From the NCBI GenBank assembly GCA_963811715.1, contig CAWESM010000006.1:35237-99236 (forward strand): a DNA stretch of 64,000 bases, read 5' to 3'. Shown here one piece after another: positions 27,987 through 38,309 of this stretch. Position numbers and translations under genes: made by a program. The stretch's first letter is position 1, and each line of letters opens with the position of its first letter. This stretch comes from Terriglobia bacterium (lineage in GTDB: Bacteria > Acidobacteriota > Terriglobia > Acidiferrales > UBA7541). Below the pieces are notes generated by a model. That model worked only from the letters and a program-made list of their open reading frames with translations. It did not search any database and had not been told where the DNA came from.

Positions 27987-30488
27987 ATGCCCCCGCAACC
28001 ACTTCGGTACATTTGTACTAGTCTTGTGTTACCCGGGGACCATTGGCTGGACCGTCGGGATCCCTTACCCTTGCAGTGGCACAAAATGATTACTCACAAA
28101 AATGATGTCGATGTGCTTCTGAAGGCCCGCGCGGAGATCGATGAGCAACTCCGCAAGCACAAGAATACCTTGACGGTCCTGTTTACCGACGTCGCTGGTT
28201 CGACTAGCTTCTTTGAGCGCAATGGGGATACGGCAGGACTGGCGATGATCCATCGCCACGACGAACTGGCCAGGAACGCCGTCCAACAACATACCGGCAA
28301 AGTGATTAAAACGATCGGCGATTCCGCAATGGCCGAGTTTCCCGATCCCATCTCGGCCGTGCGCGCGGCCGTGGAAATCGAGCGCCAATTCCTCAAGTTG
28401 AATTCGACCCTCCCGCAGAGAGAGCGCGTCGAGGTTCGCATCGGCATTCACAGCGGCGTAGGCTTCCGCAAAGGGAATGATTTATTCGGGGACGTGGTCA
28501 ATGTGGCAGCGCGCATCGTGAAGCGCACGGCTCCCGCTCAAATTCTCATATCCCGCCCTGTGTATGAAGCGGCTTCGAAAGAATCCGATCTGCACTGCCA
28601 ATGGCTCAGCAAGTTCACGATCGATGGCCGTGTAGAAAAGGAAGATATATTTGAAGTCGCCTGGACCGACGCCGAAGCCTATCGCGAAGTGCGTGAGGGG
28701 CTGACGGGCCCTTCGAGCATCCCGTCGCGCTACGAAGTCTTGTCACAAGTCGGCACAGGCGGAACGGGCGTGGTCTATAAGGCTCGCGACCTGGAAACCG
28801 ACGAAATCGTGGCCCTGAAAATTCTGAAACCGGAGATCGCCACCGACCCGGCAGTGCAGGACAATTTCAAAAGAGAGTTGTGTCTGGCCCGGAAAATCAC
28901 GCACAAGAATGTATGCCGAATTCATGATTTCAGCCGCTCGAACGGTACGGCTTACGCCTCGATGGAATTCGTCGAAGGCGAGAGCCTTCTATCCAGGCTG
29001 AATCGCGTGGGGGCCTTGCCGGTGAACCAGGCGTTCGAGATCGCACGGCAGATTTGCGCGGGCCTGCATGAGGCCCATGCCCAGGGTATCGTGCACCGCG
29101 ACCTAAAACCCGCAAATATCATGTTGGACCGCAGGGGCACGGTGAAGATCATGGATTTCGGCGTGGCACGGCTGATTCAGAGCAACGGCCCGATGACGGG
29201 TACGATCGTCGGCACTCCTGCGTACATGGCTCCCGAGCAGGCGGAACTCAAACCCGTGGGTCCTTGCACCGACATTTATGCGTTAGGCCTGGTGCTTTAC
29301 GAAATGATTACCGGTTCTCCTGCGTTCCAGGGCGACACTCCAGTTGCGGTAGCGCTAAAGCAGATCCGGGAGTACCCGAAACTCCCCCGCGAAATCGTTC
29401 CTAACCTTTCACATCCCATCGAAGCGGCAATCTTGAAATGCCTTCAAAAGGACCCGGCAAAGCGCTTTCAGACCGTGAACGAACTCGAAGCGGCTTTGGA
29501 GAGAGCCGCGAAAGCCAGAGCCATTCCGGCCTGGCAGGTTTCCCTCGACCGCGAGCTTCGTAAAGCGGACCTGCATGCGCGCCGGGCTTTGCGTCAATGT
29601 GTGGAGAGCGCGAGCGCATTTCTGAAACGGCAGGACTGGCGCGTGCTAACAAGAATCCGCACGGAACCCGCGACAGCGCTCATCGTTTCAGTTCTCCTGG
29701 GAGGCGTAATTGCCGTCGCCGTGTACGGTCGCGGAAAGAGCAAAGCCGGCAGCCCTCAATCCGCCTACCTTTCAGATACCTCTAGGAGTTCTCTACCGTC
29801 TAATACGATGGCTCAAGGCAGTGTCCTTGAACTCGGTCCATCTCAGACACCTATTACCAGCGGGGCTATCACATCGCAGGATGTAGACCTTCGTCGAAAT
29901 TCCAGTGTTGATTTCGGGAACAAACCATCGCTCACTCCAATTTCGCTGAACGAAAGTCTTGGATCCGAGCCTGCTACGCCATCCATGCTGACTTCGCAAA
30001 TGGCGCGAGCGGCAAAAAGAAAGTCAACGCCAGTTCGCACCGTCGAGCGGAAGACGCCATCAAATACGCAAACCCCCGCCCCATCACTGGCGCTGACAAG
30101 CTCCGTGCAGCCGCTGACCTTGCCTTCGGGTGACACTTCGCAACTTTCCACTCCGGAAACGGCCGCTCCAGCGCCACAGCCGGCTATTGCGCCGCCTGAT
30201 CCAGCCATCGATCGAGCCAACCCAGCCAGCGCCCAGAAAGCAGCAGACTCCGCTCCCAAGTCCCCCACCCTTTTCATCGAGGTGGGATCATTCAAGGATG
30301 AATCTTGGGCGAATAGTGCGGTGGAAAAGCTAACCCAGCTGGGCTTTCATGCGGTTTTAATCCACAAGACTCTCTTGTGGGCGCAGTCCTTCCATGTTCA
30401 AGTGGGTCCTTATACGGACTCGAAGGATATTGACGCAGCCCGGCAAAGCCTCTCTTCACATGGCTTCAAATCGCATCCTGTAAACTAA
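27987..30488 (+). CDS. multidomain signalling protein: class III adenylate/guanylate cyclase domain + Ser/Thr protein kinase + TM helix + S/T/P-rich linker + C-terminal SPOR domain
   Basis: Cyclase: LFTDVAGSTSFFE...KTIGDSAMAEF...GDVVNVAARI. Kinase: GTGGTGVVYKA...ALKIL, HRDLKPANIM, DFGVAR, GTPAYMAPE. TM: LIVSVLLGGVIAVAVYG. SPOR-like: LFIEVGSFKDESWANSAVEKLTQLGFHAVLI...FHVQVGPYTDSKDIDAARQSL. Start may be the ATG at 28086. Confidence 0.85.
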   Translation: MPPQPLRYICTSLVLPGDHWLDRRDPLPLQWHKMITHKNDVDVLLKARAEIDEQLRKHKNTLTVLFTDVAGSTSFFERNGDTAGLAMIHRHDELARNAVQQHTGKVIKTIGDSAMAEFPDPISAVRAAVEIERQFLKLNSTLPQRERVEVRIGIHSGVGFRKGNDLFGDVVNVAARIVKRTAPAQILISRPVYEAASKESDLHCQWLSKFTIDGRVEKEDIFEVAWTDAEAYREVREGLTGPSSIPSRYEVLSQVGTGGTGVVYKARDLETDEIVALKILKPEIATDPAVQDNFKRELCLARKITHKNVCRIHDFSRSNGTAYASMEFVEGESLLSRLNRVGALPVNQAFEIARQICAGLHEAHAQGIVHRDLKPANIMLDRRGTVKIMDFGVARLIQSNGPMTGTIVGTPAYMAPEQAELKPVGPCTDIYALGLVLYEMITGSPAFQGDTPVAVALKQIREYPKLPREIVPNLSHPIEAAILKCLQKDPAKRFQTVNELEAALERAAKARAIPAWQVSLDRELRKADLHARRALRQCVESASAFLKRQDWRVLTRIRTEPATALIVSVLLGGVIAVAVYGRGKSKAGSPQSAYLSDTSRSSLPSNTMAQGSVLELGPSQTPITSGAITSQDVDLRRNSSVDFGNKPSLTPISLNESLGSEPATPSMLTSQMARAAKRKSTPVRTVERKTPSNTQTPAPSLALTSSVQPLTLPSGDTSQLSTPETAAPAPQPAIAPPDPAIDRANPASAQKAADSAPKSPTLFIEVGSFKDESWANSAVEKLTQLGFHAVLIHKTLLWAQSFHVQVGPYTDSKDIDAARQSLSSHGFKSHPVN

Positions 30489-30631
30489 TCCCCGCTCTCC
30501 ATACCGCGGTTCTCAGAATGTGATCTACGACTCATAGCTTGTGCAGTTGGATTGCACACACACGCAGAGTTTGCGCGGCATGAGCCCGATCGCGTGTCTT
30601 CTTTTTCCTGGGTACTGGCCGCTGGAGATTC

Positions 30632-32356
30632 TTACAGACTGCCCTCAATAAACGAGCGAAGGCTTCGTGATCTTGACGGATGGCGCAGCTTGCGCAGCGC
30701 TTTCGCCTCGATTTGACGGATGCGTTCGCGGGTGACTGCGAAAGAGTGACCAACTTCTTCAAGCGTATGTTCGGAGCCATCCTCCAAGCCAAAACGCATC
30801 TTGATGACTTTTTCTTCGCGCGGCGTCAGCGTCTTTAGCAGCGACGCCGTCTGTTCCTGAAGACTGATGCTGATCGCGGCGTCCGAGGGCGATACGGAAG
30901 ATTTGTCCTCGATAAATTCGCCCAGGTGCGAATCTTCTTCTTCGCCGATGGGAGTTTCCAGCGAGATGGGCTGCTGCGCGATCTGCCGGGTCTTGCGCAC
31001 CTTGTCGGTCGGAACGCCCAGGCGCTTGGCGATTTCCTCGGCATTCGGTTCGCGGCCCAGCTCTTGCACCAGTTGCCGGCTGGTTCGTAGCTGTTTGTTA
31101 ATGGTCTCAATCATGTGCACGGGCACACGGATCGTGCGAGCCTGGTCCGCGATGGCGCGCGTGACGGCCTGGCGGATCCACCACGTCGCATACGTTGAAA
31201 ATTTATAGCCGCGCCGCCACTCGAATTTGTCCGCGCCCTTCATGAGCCCGATATTGCCTTCCTGAATCAGATCCAGGAATTGCAGCCCGCGGTTGGTATA
31301 TTTCTTCGCGATGGAAACGACCAGGCGCAGGTTGGCCTCGACCATTTCTTTCTTGGCCTGGTCCGCTTCGGCTTCTCCCCGGAGCACGACCTGGAGCATT
31401 CGTTTCAGGTCGGTCAGCCCGGTTTCGCTGGAAACTTCAATTTCGCGCAACTCCGCGCGGCAAGCGCGCAACTCCTTGCGCGCTTCGGCGGCGTGATCGC
31501 CCTTCGAGGCATCGGCACGGCGTTCGAGTTTGACGGCTTCGCGCTCCAAAGCTTGCAGCCGCTCCACAGTACCGCGAATCTTTCCAATCAGCCGCTTCTT
31601 CTCGAGCGCATGGAATTCAATCGATCGCACTAGCTGGGACATTTCCACTCGCGTGCGAGCCAACCGGTTCCGGTGCCGCAAGTAAACTCGCTTCTTCGCC
31701 CTCGGGATCCGCTCGAGCTGGGCCACCTGCTTGACCGCTACGCCATAAAGTTGTTCGATCTTCCCAATGATTCGAAGAACTTCGTGTGTCTTATTCTCCG
31801 TTTCTTCCTCGGTCAACTCTTCCTGGTCGAACTGAATAATTTTCTTGATCGATAAAGTGCCGTTGCGAAGTTCTTCGCCAACGTTGATCAATTCCTTCAG
31901 CACGATGGGCGATCGCGAAATAGATTTAAGCACCATGAGGTGCCCGCGCTCCATGCGTTTGGCGATGGCCACCTCATCCTGACGCTTCAGCAGCGGAACC
32001 GAACCCATTTCCCGCAGGTAGAGCCGGACCGGATCGTTGTTCTTGTCGAGCATCCCCGGAGTGAGGTCGAGGTCGCTCTCTTCCGCAACGGCGGCCTTGT
32101 CGTTCCAGTCCGCTGCCGGGGACTCAGAGACGATGGGGTCTGCGGTGGCGCGAGCAGCCTTCGCCGCGGCAAGGTCTTCGTAGAGGCTGATCCCAATGCG
32201 TTCGAACGTGGAGAGCAGATCGTCAATCTCTTCCGTGGAGTGCAGTTCCGCGGGCAAAACCTGTTCCACTTCTTCGGAGAGCAGGTAACCGCGCTCTTTT
32301 CCTACACTTATCAGATTGCGAACTTGTTCATGCATTTCTTCGGTTGTCAGTGACAA
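30632..32356 (-). CDS. rpoD: RNA polymerase primary sigma factor (sigma-70)
   Basis: Regions 2-4 are present: [57 protein letters not shown]...; [15 protein letters not shown]...[30 protein letters not shown] at 32356 with an AGGGGAG RBS preferred over the 32413 start. Confidence 0.95.
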   Translation of the reverse strand: MSLTTEEMHEQVRNLISVGKERGYLLSEEVEQVLPAELHSTEEIDDLLSTFERIGISLYEDLAAAKAARATADPIVSESPAADWNDKAAVAEESDLDLTPGMLDKNNDPVRLYLREMGSVPLLKRQDEVAIAKRMERGHLMVLKSISRSPIVLKELINVGEELRNGTLSIKKIIQFDQEELTEEETENKTHEVLRIIGKIEQLYGVAVKQVAQLERIPRAKKRVYLRHRNRLARTRVEMSQLVRSIEFHALEKKRLIGKIRGTVERLQALEREAVKLERRADASKGDHAAEARKELRACRAELREIEVSSETGLTDLKRMLQVVLRGEAEADQAKKEMVEANLRLVVSIAKKYTNRGLQFLDLIQEGNIGLMKGADKFEWRRGYKFSTYATWWIRQAVTRAIADQARTIRVPVHMIETINKQLRTSRQLVQELGREPNAEEIAKRLGVPTDKVRKTRQIAQQPISLETPIGEEEDSHLGEFIEDKSSVSPSDAAISISLQEQTASLLKTLTPREEKVIKMRFGLEDGSEHTLEEVGHSFAVTRERIRQIEAKALRKLRHPSRSRSLRSFIEGSL

Positions 32357-32821
32357 GTATTTCTCCCCTTGGCGAAGCGGCCGGCTGCCGCTGCAAGCTC
32401 TGCTTGGGCACACCTACAGTCCCGTTGAGCTGGTGCGAGGGCCACGGAATGCCATCCCTACGTAATTAGATTCAAATGGGCAGCGTTTGGTGACATCCCG
32501 TTCCACAAAGCGGCACTTTCCCCATTCTTTACAAAGAGATAGGAAAAAAGGCAATCACCGGAACGCCCCTTCGCCCCCTCAGACGGAAGGCCCATATCCT
32601 TATGACGGAGCGTAGACAAAATAGTCGTACTAGACAGGTTGAGCGGCCCCCCAAACCAGCCTAGATAGTTCCAAAAGCGTCAAAATCAGTTTGGATTATC
32701 TCATGGTTTTGCATTCTCTGCCAAAAAGAACCGCCACAGGCATTGCAGGATTGGACATAGGTCAACCGCGGGTCAACAACTTTGGTCTGGAATAGGCCAC
32801 CTTCCCTGGATCATTCCCATC

Positions 32822-32877
32822 GGGTGCGGGCTCCACTTTGATGCTGAACGCTTCAAGTGCAGCATGGAGCCCGCCTA
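32822..32877. repeat. long palindromic element immediately downstream of pepF (GCGGGCTCCA ... TGGAGCCCGC)
   Basis: 10-bp outer stem (32826-32835 / 32865-32874) with an inner TGCTG/CAGCA stem. Termini GGGTGCGGGCTC and GGAGCCCGCCT are shared with the element at 34913-34980. Confidence 0.5.
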
Positions 32878-32881
32878 GAAT

Positions 32882-34720
32882 CTAGAATAAAAACCGAGAC
32901 ATTTGTTCCGCTTCCTCAATCAAGGCCCCCAGGCTTACTGTAATGCCGTCCCTCCAGAAGGCCTCGCTCCTTGCATCCAGGCCGAAGGGCGCGAGCAAGG
33001 CAACAACATCCTTGGTGGATCCCGAACGCAAAAGGTCCAAGTAGAGCGGTTCGAACTTTTCCCCCAGACGCTGGCGCTGCGCAAATAGGCTTTGCGTCAG
33101 AAGCTCACCAAAGGCATAGCCATAGACGTAAAACGGGCTGTGAAAGTGTGGGACGTACGACCACAGATGACTGGAATTTTCGTACGTGAAGATTTCGCCG
33201 TCCTCTCCATAGAGTTCCTGCGCCGACTTTAACCAGATATCGTTTAACTCTTCGACCGAGCGTTTCTTTGGATCTGCCCAGGCGGTGTAGGAAGCGTCCA
33301 TGCCGTGGAGGCGCCGCTCGAAATTCGAGAACCCGATCTGGCGAACCACGGTGTTAATCGTGCTGTCAATTTTATCCATGATTAATGCCAGAAGAGAGTT
33401 CCTGTCTCCCGACCGAATGAGCCGGTCCCTCAAGAAGGTAAATGTTGTCATTTCCCCAAACACCGACGCTGTTTCGCAGTACGCAATGGGGGCATGAAAC
33501 ATCAATGGACCCTGCGCTTCACCGGCGAGAATGCCGTGTACGCCGTGGCCGAGTTCGTGCGCCAATGTCATCACGTCTTTGTTGGATCCCAAATAATTCA
33601 TCAGCGTGTAGGAAACAGGTTTTCCCCCGGGCAGAACGTGGGATGAATTGAAGGCGCCATGCCGCTTTTCCTTCACCACGGGCGCGTCAATGCGATGGTC
33701 GGCAAAGAAGCTTTTTACGATGGTCGTCAGCGTGGGACTGAAACTTTCATAGGAAGTGGTGACGATGTCCGCCGCTTCGTCGAACGGAATCACGGTGGTA
33801 TCGGCAAACGGCATCGGAGCATTGCGATCGCTCCAGCGCAGAACGGAAAGCCCCAAATGGCGCGCCTTCAATTTGTAATATCGCCGCGTCAACGAACCAC
33901 CCAGCGTCGTGACGGTATTGTGCAGGACGTCGACAACGGAGTCCGGAATTTGATTCGCCTTGTTGCGAAAGTCCATCGGGTGCGCATAGCCGCGTTCCTT
34001 GTCCTCAACGGCTTTCGATCCCGCGACCATGTAGAGCGTCTGAGCAGCGTATTTCGCAAATGGACCGCCCAGGCCATCATTCACGCATTTCATGGCTTCC
34101 GCGCGTTCCCCGGCATCCTTGGATTCGGTGAGCAGATGCACCATCTCCGTAAGGTTTTTGGCGGCGCCACGAAAGCTAAATTCGAGATCCGCTTCCACCT
34201 CATCGAAGAATTCACCCCAGGAACTGGAGTCAAACGGAGAACGCTTCGTCAGAGCGGACTCGACCGGCTCGGTCAAGAAATGGCGCTTGAAAACGCGCAT
34301 ATGCTCGATCCACGGGCGATGCTTGGCGACAACCGGATCGCGTTCATACCACGTCTTGAGGGTGTCTTCGCTGAGTTGGACAAGTTCCAATTCCAAGAAG
34401 GTGAGGTGTTCCCCTCGCAGAGCACTCAGTTCCCGCTGAAAGCCGGCATGTTTGGCCTTGATCGCCGCGTTCGATAAATCCGTACTCTCGCGCAAAAATA
34501 GATAGGAGTTAATTTTCCCGCCGAGCATCTCGATTTCCGAATAGTCCCTGAGGGCGGGACCCAAAAGTTCCGCCAGCTTGCCTTTGTAAGCGAGGGAAAA
34601 ATGCTTCGCCATGGCTGCGAGGTCTCTTAAATCGGAATCGAGTCGCGGGTCCTCGATATCCGAATACAGGATGCCGAGGTCCCAGCGGATTAGGTTGGTG
34701 CTGTCGATTGTGGTTGCCAT
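32882..34720 (-). CDS. pepF: M3B oligoendopeptidase F
   Basis: HELGHGVH zinc motif and overall PepF-like length and pattern. Start at 34720 (MATTID...) or 34732. Confidence 0.9.
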   Translation of the reverse strand: MATTIDSTNLIRWDLGILYSDIEDPRLDSDLRDLAAMAKHFSLAYKGKLAELLGPALRDYSEIEMLGGKINSYLFLRESTDLSNAAIKAKHAGFQRELSALRGEHLTFLELELVQLSEDTLKTWYERDPVVAKHRPWIEHMRVFKRHFLTEPVESALTKRSPFDSSSWGEFFDEVEADLEFSFRGAAKNLTEMVHLLTESKDAGERAEAMKCVNDGLGGPFAKYAAQTLYMVAGSKAVEDKERGYAHPMDFRNKANQIPDSVVDVLHNTVTTLGGSLTRRYYKLKARHLGLSVLRWSDRNAPMPFADTTVIPFDEAADIVTTSYESFSPTLTTIVKSFFADHRIDAPVVKEKRHGAFNSSHVLPGGKPVSYTLMNYLGSNKDVMTLAHELGHGVHGILAGEAQGPLMFHAPIAYCETASVFGEMTTFTFLRDRLIRSGDRNSLLALIMDKIDSTINTVVRQIGFSNFERRLHGMDASYTAWADPKKRSVEELNDIWLKSAQELYGEDGEIFTYENSSHLWSYVPHFHSPFYVYGYAFGELLTQSLFAQRQRLGEKFEPLYLDLLRSGSTKDVVALLAPFGLDARSEAFWRDGITVSLGALIEEAEQMSRFLF

Positions 34721-34912
34721 GATGAGTCTCATTCTCCTGACGTCAGTCGTTGAACTACTTCCAACCCGGCGTGCGCGGTATGGACGTAAATGACGCCCGA
34801 TTCCTCAAATAGTTTACCCCGGCCCCCCGGAAATAACTTCGGGCAACGTAAGGGGTTCCTCGCAACGCAATGCGGGACAATCGAGTAGGACTGCGCGGTC
34901 ATAAGTCAATAC

Positions 34913-34980
34913 GGGTGCGGGCTCTACGCGCCGTCGCCATCGCGCGTGCCTTAGCGCGTCGGCGGCTTGGAGCCCGCCTC
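34913..34980. repeat. palindromic element upstream of pepF, related to 32822-32877
   Basis: GGGTGCGGGCTC ... GGAGCCCGCCT, same termini and orientation as the downstream element. GC-rich interior with internal complementarity. Confidence 0.5.
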
Positions 34981-35087
34981 AATTTGTTTGCCAAAAACTA
35001 GCCGATTGGAGACGATGTGAGCCACCACGCCCATAGCAGACCGGGCCTTCGCTAAGAGCTCCCAAAAAGTGTGCAATTTTTTGCATC

Positions 35088-35117
35088 TTGACAATTATGA
35101 AAATTACTGAATAGAAT
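35088..35117 (+). promoter_or_regulatory. sigma70-like promoter TTGACA-N18-TAGAAT upstream of the BNR exoprotein gene
   Basis: Consensus -35 at 35088-35093 and near-consensus -10 at 35112-35117, inside an AT-rich patch in otherwise GC-rich DNA. Confidence 0.5.
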
Positions 35118-35259
35118 CTGCCCTCACAAGGTGCACCTTCATGCTCGAACGGCATACTTTTAGTAATTCAGAATCTTTGCCAAAGGCATGGCGGCGAAGA
35201 CTCGCGTCGAAAACTTTGACCGCACGACAATTTCTGCGGAAAGGACTGGTGATACGAAT

Positions 35260-38013
35260 ATGCGCAAAGTGAACGTTCGTTCCGGACTATTGTTGGGGCT
35301 GTTGGCCTTTTTAGTTTCATCGGTTGCGCCCCGATCCGCCAGCGGTCAAACGGCGCCGGGATTCAATCGCAACGGAGACGATACCGGTGGCCAGAATGGC
35401 GATCGGCCGGAGCGGGAGCAGTATGACAACCGCGCCTTCCCGGCGGATGGTATCGCCCCTGCCCAGCAGGAAGCGTCCTATAAAGCCTTCCTCTCTCTTT
35501 CCCAACTATCAGGCAGCAACCAAGCTGCGTGGGAGGGAATTGGCCCAACCGCTCCGTTAGTTGTCGGTTCGTCCACGTACACCGGCCGACCGACGTACGT
35601 CTCGGGACGTGTCACGTCTGTAGTGCTCTCGCCAAAGTGCCATGTTGGCAACTGCAAGATTTTTGTCGGCGCTGCCGGCGGCGGAGTTTGGACGGCCAAC
35701 AATGCCCTGGCATCACATTTGAACTGGCATCCCTCGGGCAACGGGATCCCGTCTAACGCGATTGGCTCCATCATCTTTGACCCGACCGATTCCACGGGGA
35801 AGACTCTCTATGTCGGCACTGGCGAGCCAAACGGATCGAGTGATTCAGAGGCGGGTGTCGGTCTTTACAAATCGATTGACCTGGGAAAATCGTGGTCGCT
35901 GGTGCCTGGCAGCCTCGCCGTAGCTCAGGGCCGCGCGATCGCGGGGATCGCCGTCGATCCTGTCGATCCCAAACACATATTCATTGGAACTGCTGTGGCG
36001 CGGCATGGTGCGTCTTCCGTCAACGGCGGAAGATTTACCCCACCGGGAGTTCCGCAAGTGGGGCTGTACGAATCCAGCGATGGTGGTGCGACTTTCTCAC
36101 TCGCTTTCGGCCAACCATCGGATAGCGTTAATCCTGGCAGCGCTAACGGCTCGGATTTCTTTCGCGGCGGGGTTACCAATGTCGTTTTCGACCGCACCGG
36201 CCTTTCTGACAAGGATGCCTCTCGCGTTTACCTCTCTATTTTCGATTACGGCATCTATCGCTCGGACGGCGCTGGTGGTTACGAGCAGATCTTCGCCTCT
36301 GCCGGCGGAGGCGGCGTGGCCACCAGCCTTGCGTCACGCACCGAATTCGCGCTCGCGCCCAACAACCGAGCGCTACGTATCTACGCGGGCGATTCTGGCA
36401 GCGGCGCTGCCGACTTTTATCGCGTGGACAATGCTCTCGTTCCTGCGGCTACCCTTACGGACGGCACTACGAACCCGGGCTGGACTCAGCTTTCCAACTC
36501 CACGCCAGGTACCTCTGGTTTTGGTTCGTACAACTTCTGCAGCGCCCAGTGTTCCTACGACATGCCGGTCGCCTCGCCGCCTGGCCATCCCGACACGGTT
36601 TGGATCGGCGGCCAAATGCAGTATGGCGAAATCTTCACTGCGAACCAGCCTTCCAACGGTCGCGCAGTCCAGCGCTCCACTGACGCGGGTGTGAGTTTCA
36701 CAGACATGACCAATGACACGCAGTCGCCTCCACTAGGAATGCATCCTGACCAGCACGCGATCGTCTTCGTTCCTGGGAGACCCGACATTGCTATCATCGG
36801 GTCAGACGGGGGAGTAGTGCGTACCAGCGGCGCCTTCGCGGATGCTTCCAGCGGTTGTGACACTCGCGGCCTCGTCGACCCACAACTCACGCAGTGCAAA
36901 CAGTGGTTGAGCGCAATACCCACGCAGATCTTTAGCTTGAACAACGGGCTGGCAACCCTCCAGTTCCAGAGCCTGTCAATCAACACAAAGAATCCCCGCA
37001 GGGACATTATGGGCGGGACCCAAGACAACGGCACGTGGGCGTTTAAAGGGGGCGATGAAGGCGAGGGGGGAAGTTGGTTCGAAACCATCAACGGGGATGG
37101 GGGCGCGTCCGGCACGGACGTCGCCAATCCCGATGTCCGCATCCATACCTACACGGGCGCAGTGGGTGACATCAACTTCAGTGGAACCGCCCCGCTCGGC
37201 TGGGACATCTTCGGGGTTCCCAATTTCCAGGCTCCGAGCAGCGAAGCGGCGTCGTTTTACGTACCACTAATAGCCGATCCAAAAGTCAGCGGAACCTGGC
37301 TTATCGGATTGCAACACGTCTGGCGGACTACTGACAATCTCGGCGGGCAGGCCCTCATGGATTTGCATTGCAACGAGTTCGTCGGCGACCTGGCACAGCC
37401 TTGCGGCGACTGGGAGGCGCTCGGCGGGACAGCAGGCGACCTTGTCGCTGCCATCACGGGTGATAATAAGGGCACGAGTTACGTCGCATCTGTCGTCCGC
37501 ACCGCCAGCGATACTGGCACGATGTGGGTCGCCACCCGACGAGGCAGAGTATGGCTCTCGAAGAATGCGGATGCCGATCCCGCAAGCGTGACCTACTTGC
37601 GCGTCGACACACCCTCGCAGCCGCAACGCTTCGTCAGCGGCATCTCCGTTGACCCCACGAACTCAAACCATGCGTGGATATCGTTCTCTGGCTATGACGC
37701 TTACACTCCAACTACTCCCGGCCACGTTTTCGAAGTTAAAGTCGAGGAGCGATCAGCCGTTTGGAAGGATCTCAGCTCCAACCTCGGCGACCAGCCAATT
37801 ACCGGAATCGCTCGGGACGACGTCACCGGAAACCTCTACGTGTCGACCGATTTTGGAGTCGATATGCTGCCCAGAGGGAGCACCACATGGGTGTCGGCTG
37901 GAAGCAATTTGCCACCCGTCTCGGTGTATGGCTTGACCATCGATTCTGGCGCGCGTGTCCTCTATGCCGCCACACACGGCCGGAGCGCGTGGAAGCTGGA
38001 TTTATCAAAATAA
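35260..38013 (+). CDS. large exported BNR/Asp-box repeat protein (sialidase/sortilin-VPS10-like beta-propeller)
   Basis: Signal peptide MRKVNVRSGLLLGLLAFLVSSVAPRSASG. Asp-box motifs SIDLGKSW, SSDGGATF and STDAGVSF. An alternative upstream ATG lies at 35188. Confidence 0.75.
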   Translation: MRKVNVRSGLLLGLLAFLVSSVAPRSASGQTAPGFNRNGDDTGGQNGDRPEREQYDNRAFPADGIAPAQQEASYKAFLSLSQLSGSNQAAWEGIGPTAPLVVGSSTYTGRPTYVSGRVTSVVLSPKCHVGNCKIFVGAAGGGVWTANNALASHLNWHPSGNGIPSNAIGSIIFDPTDSTGKTLYVGTGEPNGSSDSEAGVGLYKSIDLGKSWSLVPGSLAVAQGRAIAGIAVDPVDPKHIFIGTAVARHGASSVNGGRFTPPGVPQVGLYESSDGGATFSLAFGQPSDSVNPGSANGSDFFRGGVTNVVFDRTGLSDKDASRVYLSIFDYGIYRSDGAGGYEQIFASAGGGGVATSLASRTEFALAPNNRALRIYAGDSGSGAADFYRVDNALVPAATLTDGTTNPGWTQLSNSTPGTSGFGSYNFCSAQCSYDMPVASPPGHPDTVWIGGQMQYGEIFTANQPSNGRAVQRSTDAGVSFTDMTNDTQSPPLGMHPDQHAIVFVPGRPDIAIIGSDGGVVRTSGAFADASSGCDTRGLVDPQLTQCKQWLSAIPTQIFSLNNGLATLQFQSLSINTKNPRRDIMGGTQDNGTWAFKGGDEGEGGSWFETINGDGGASGTDVANPDVRIHTYTGAVGDINFSGTAPLGWDIFGVPNFQAPSSEAASFYVPLIADPKVSGTWLIGLQHVWRTTDNLGGQALMDLHCNEFVGDLAQPCGDWEALGGTAGDLVAAITGDNKGTSYVASVVRTASDTGTMWVATRRGRVWLSKNADADPASVTYLRVDTPSQPQRFVSGISVDPTNSNHAWISFSGYDAYTPTTPGHVFEVKVEERSAVWKDLSSNLGDQPITGIARDDVTGNLYVSTDFGVDMLPRGSTTWVSAGSNLPPVSVYGLTIDSGARVLYAATHGRSAWKLDLSK

Positions 38014-38309
38014 TAATTATTGGATTAGTTTACGCGTCACTTTTTTCAGCAGGCGGATCGCAATATCGGATTGCTCTGGCGCGTGGCCGGGCTGCTCCAC
38101 CAACGGTTGCCGGCCGGTGTGAATCAAGCATGAACCGGCCGCGCTGCTGGAGGACGGATTCGCGATCTTGGCTGGTGCAACGGGACATGGTGGCCCGAAG
38201 GAATATCCTCTGACAGATGAACGGTGAAGCAAGCCCATCTTAATTTTCCCGGAGGTTTCTTGCGTCTGTATAGGGGAGACGAGCGGTAGCGGCTACGCGG
38301 ATCAGTCCA

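Noticed and set aside
38017-38238. 73-aa minus-strand ORF between the convergent BNR and VOC genes
   Set aside because: It has no RBS, no motifs and lies in a convergent intergenic region. It is probably non-coding.
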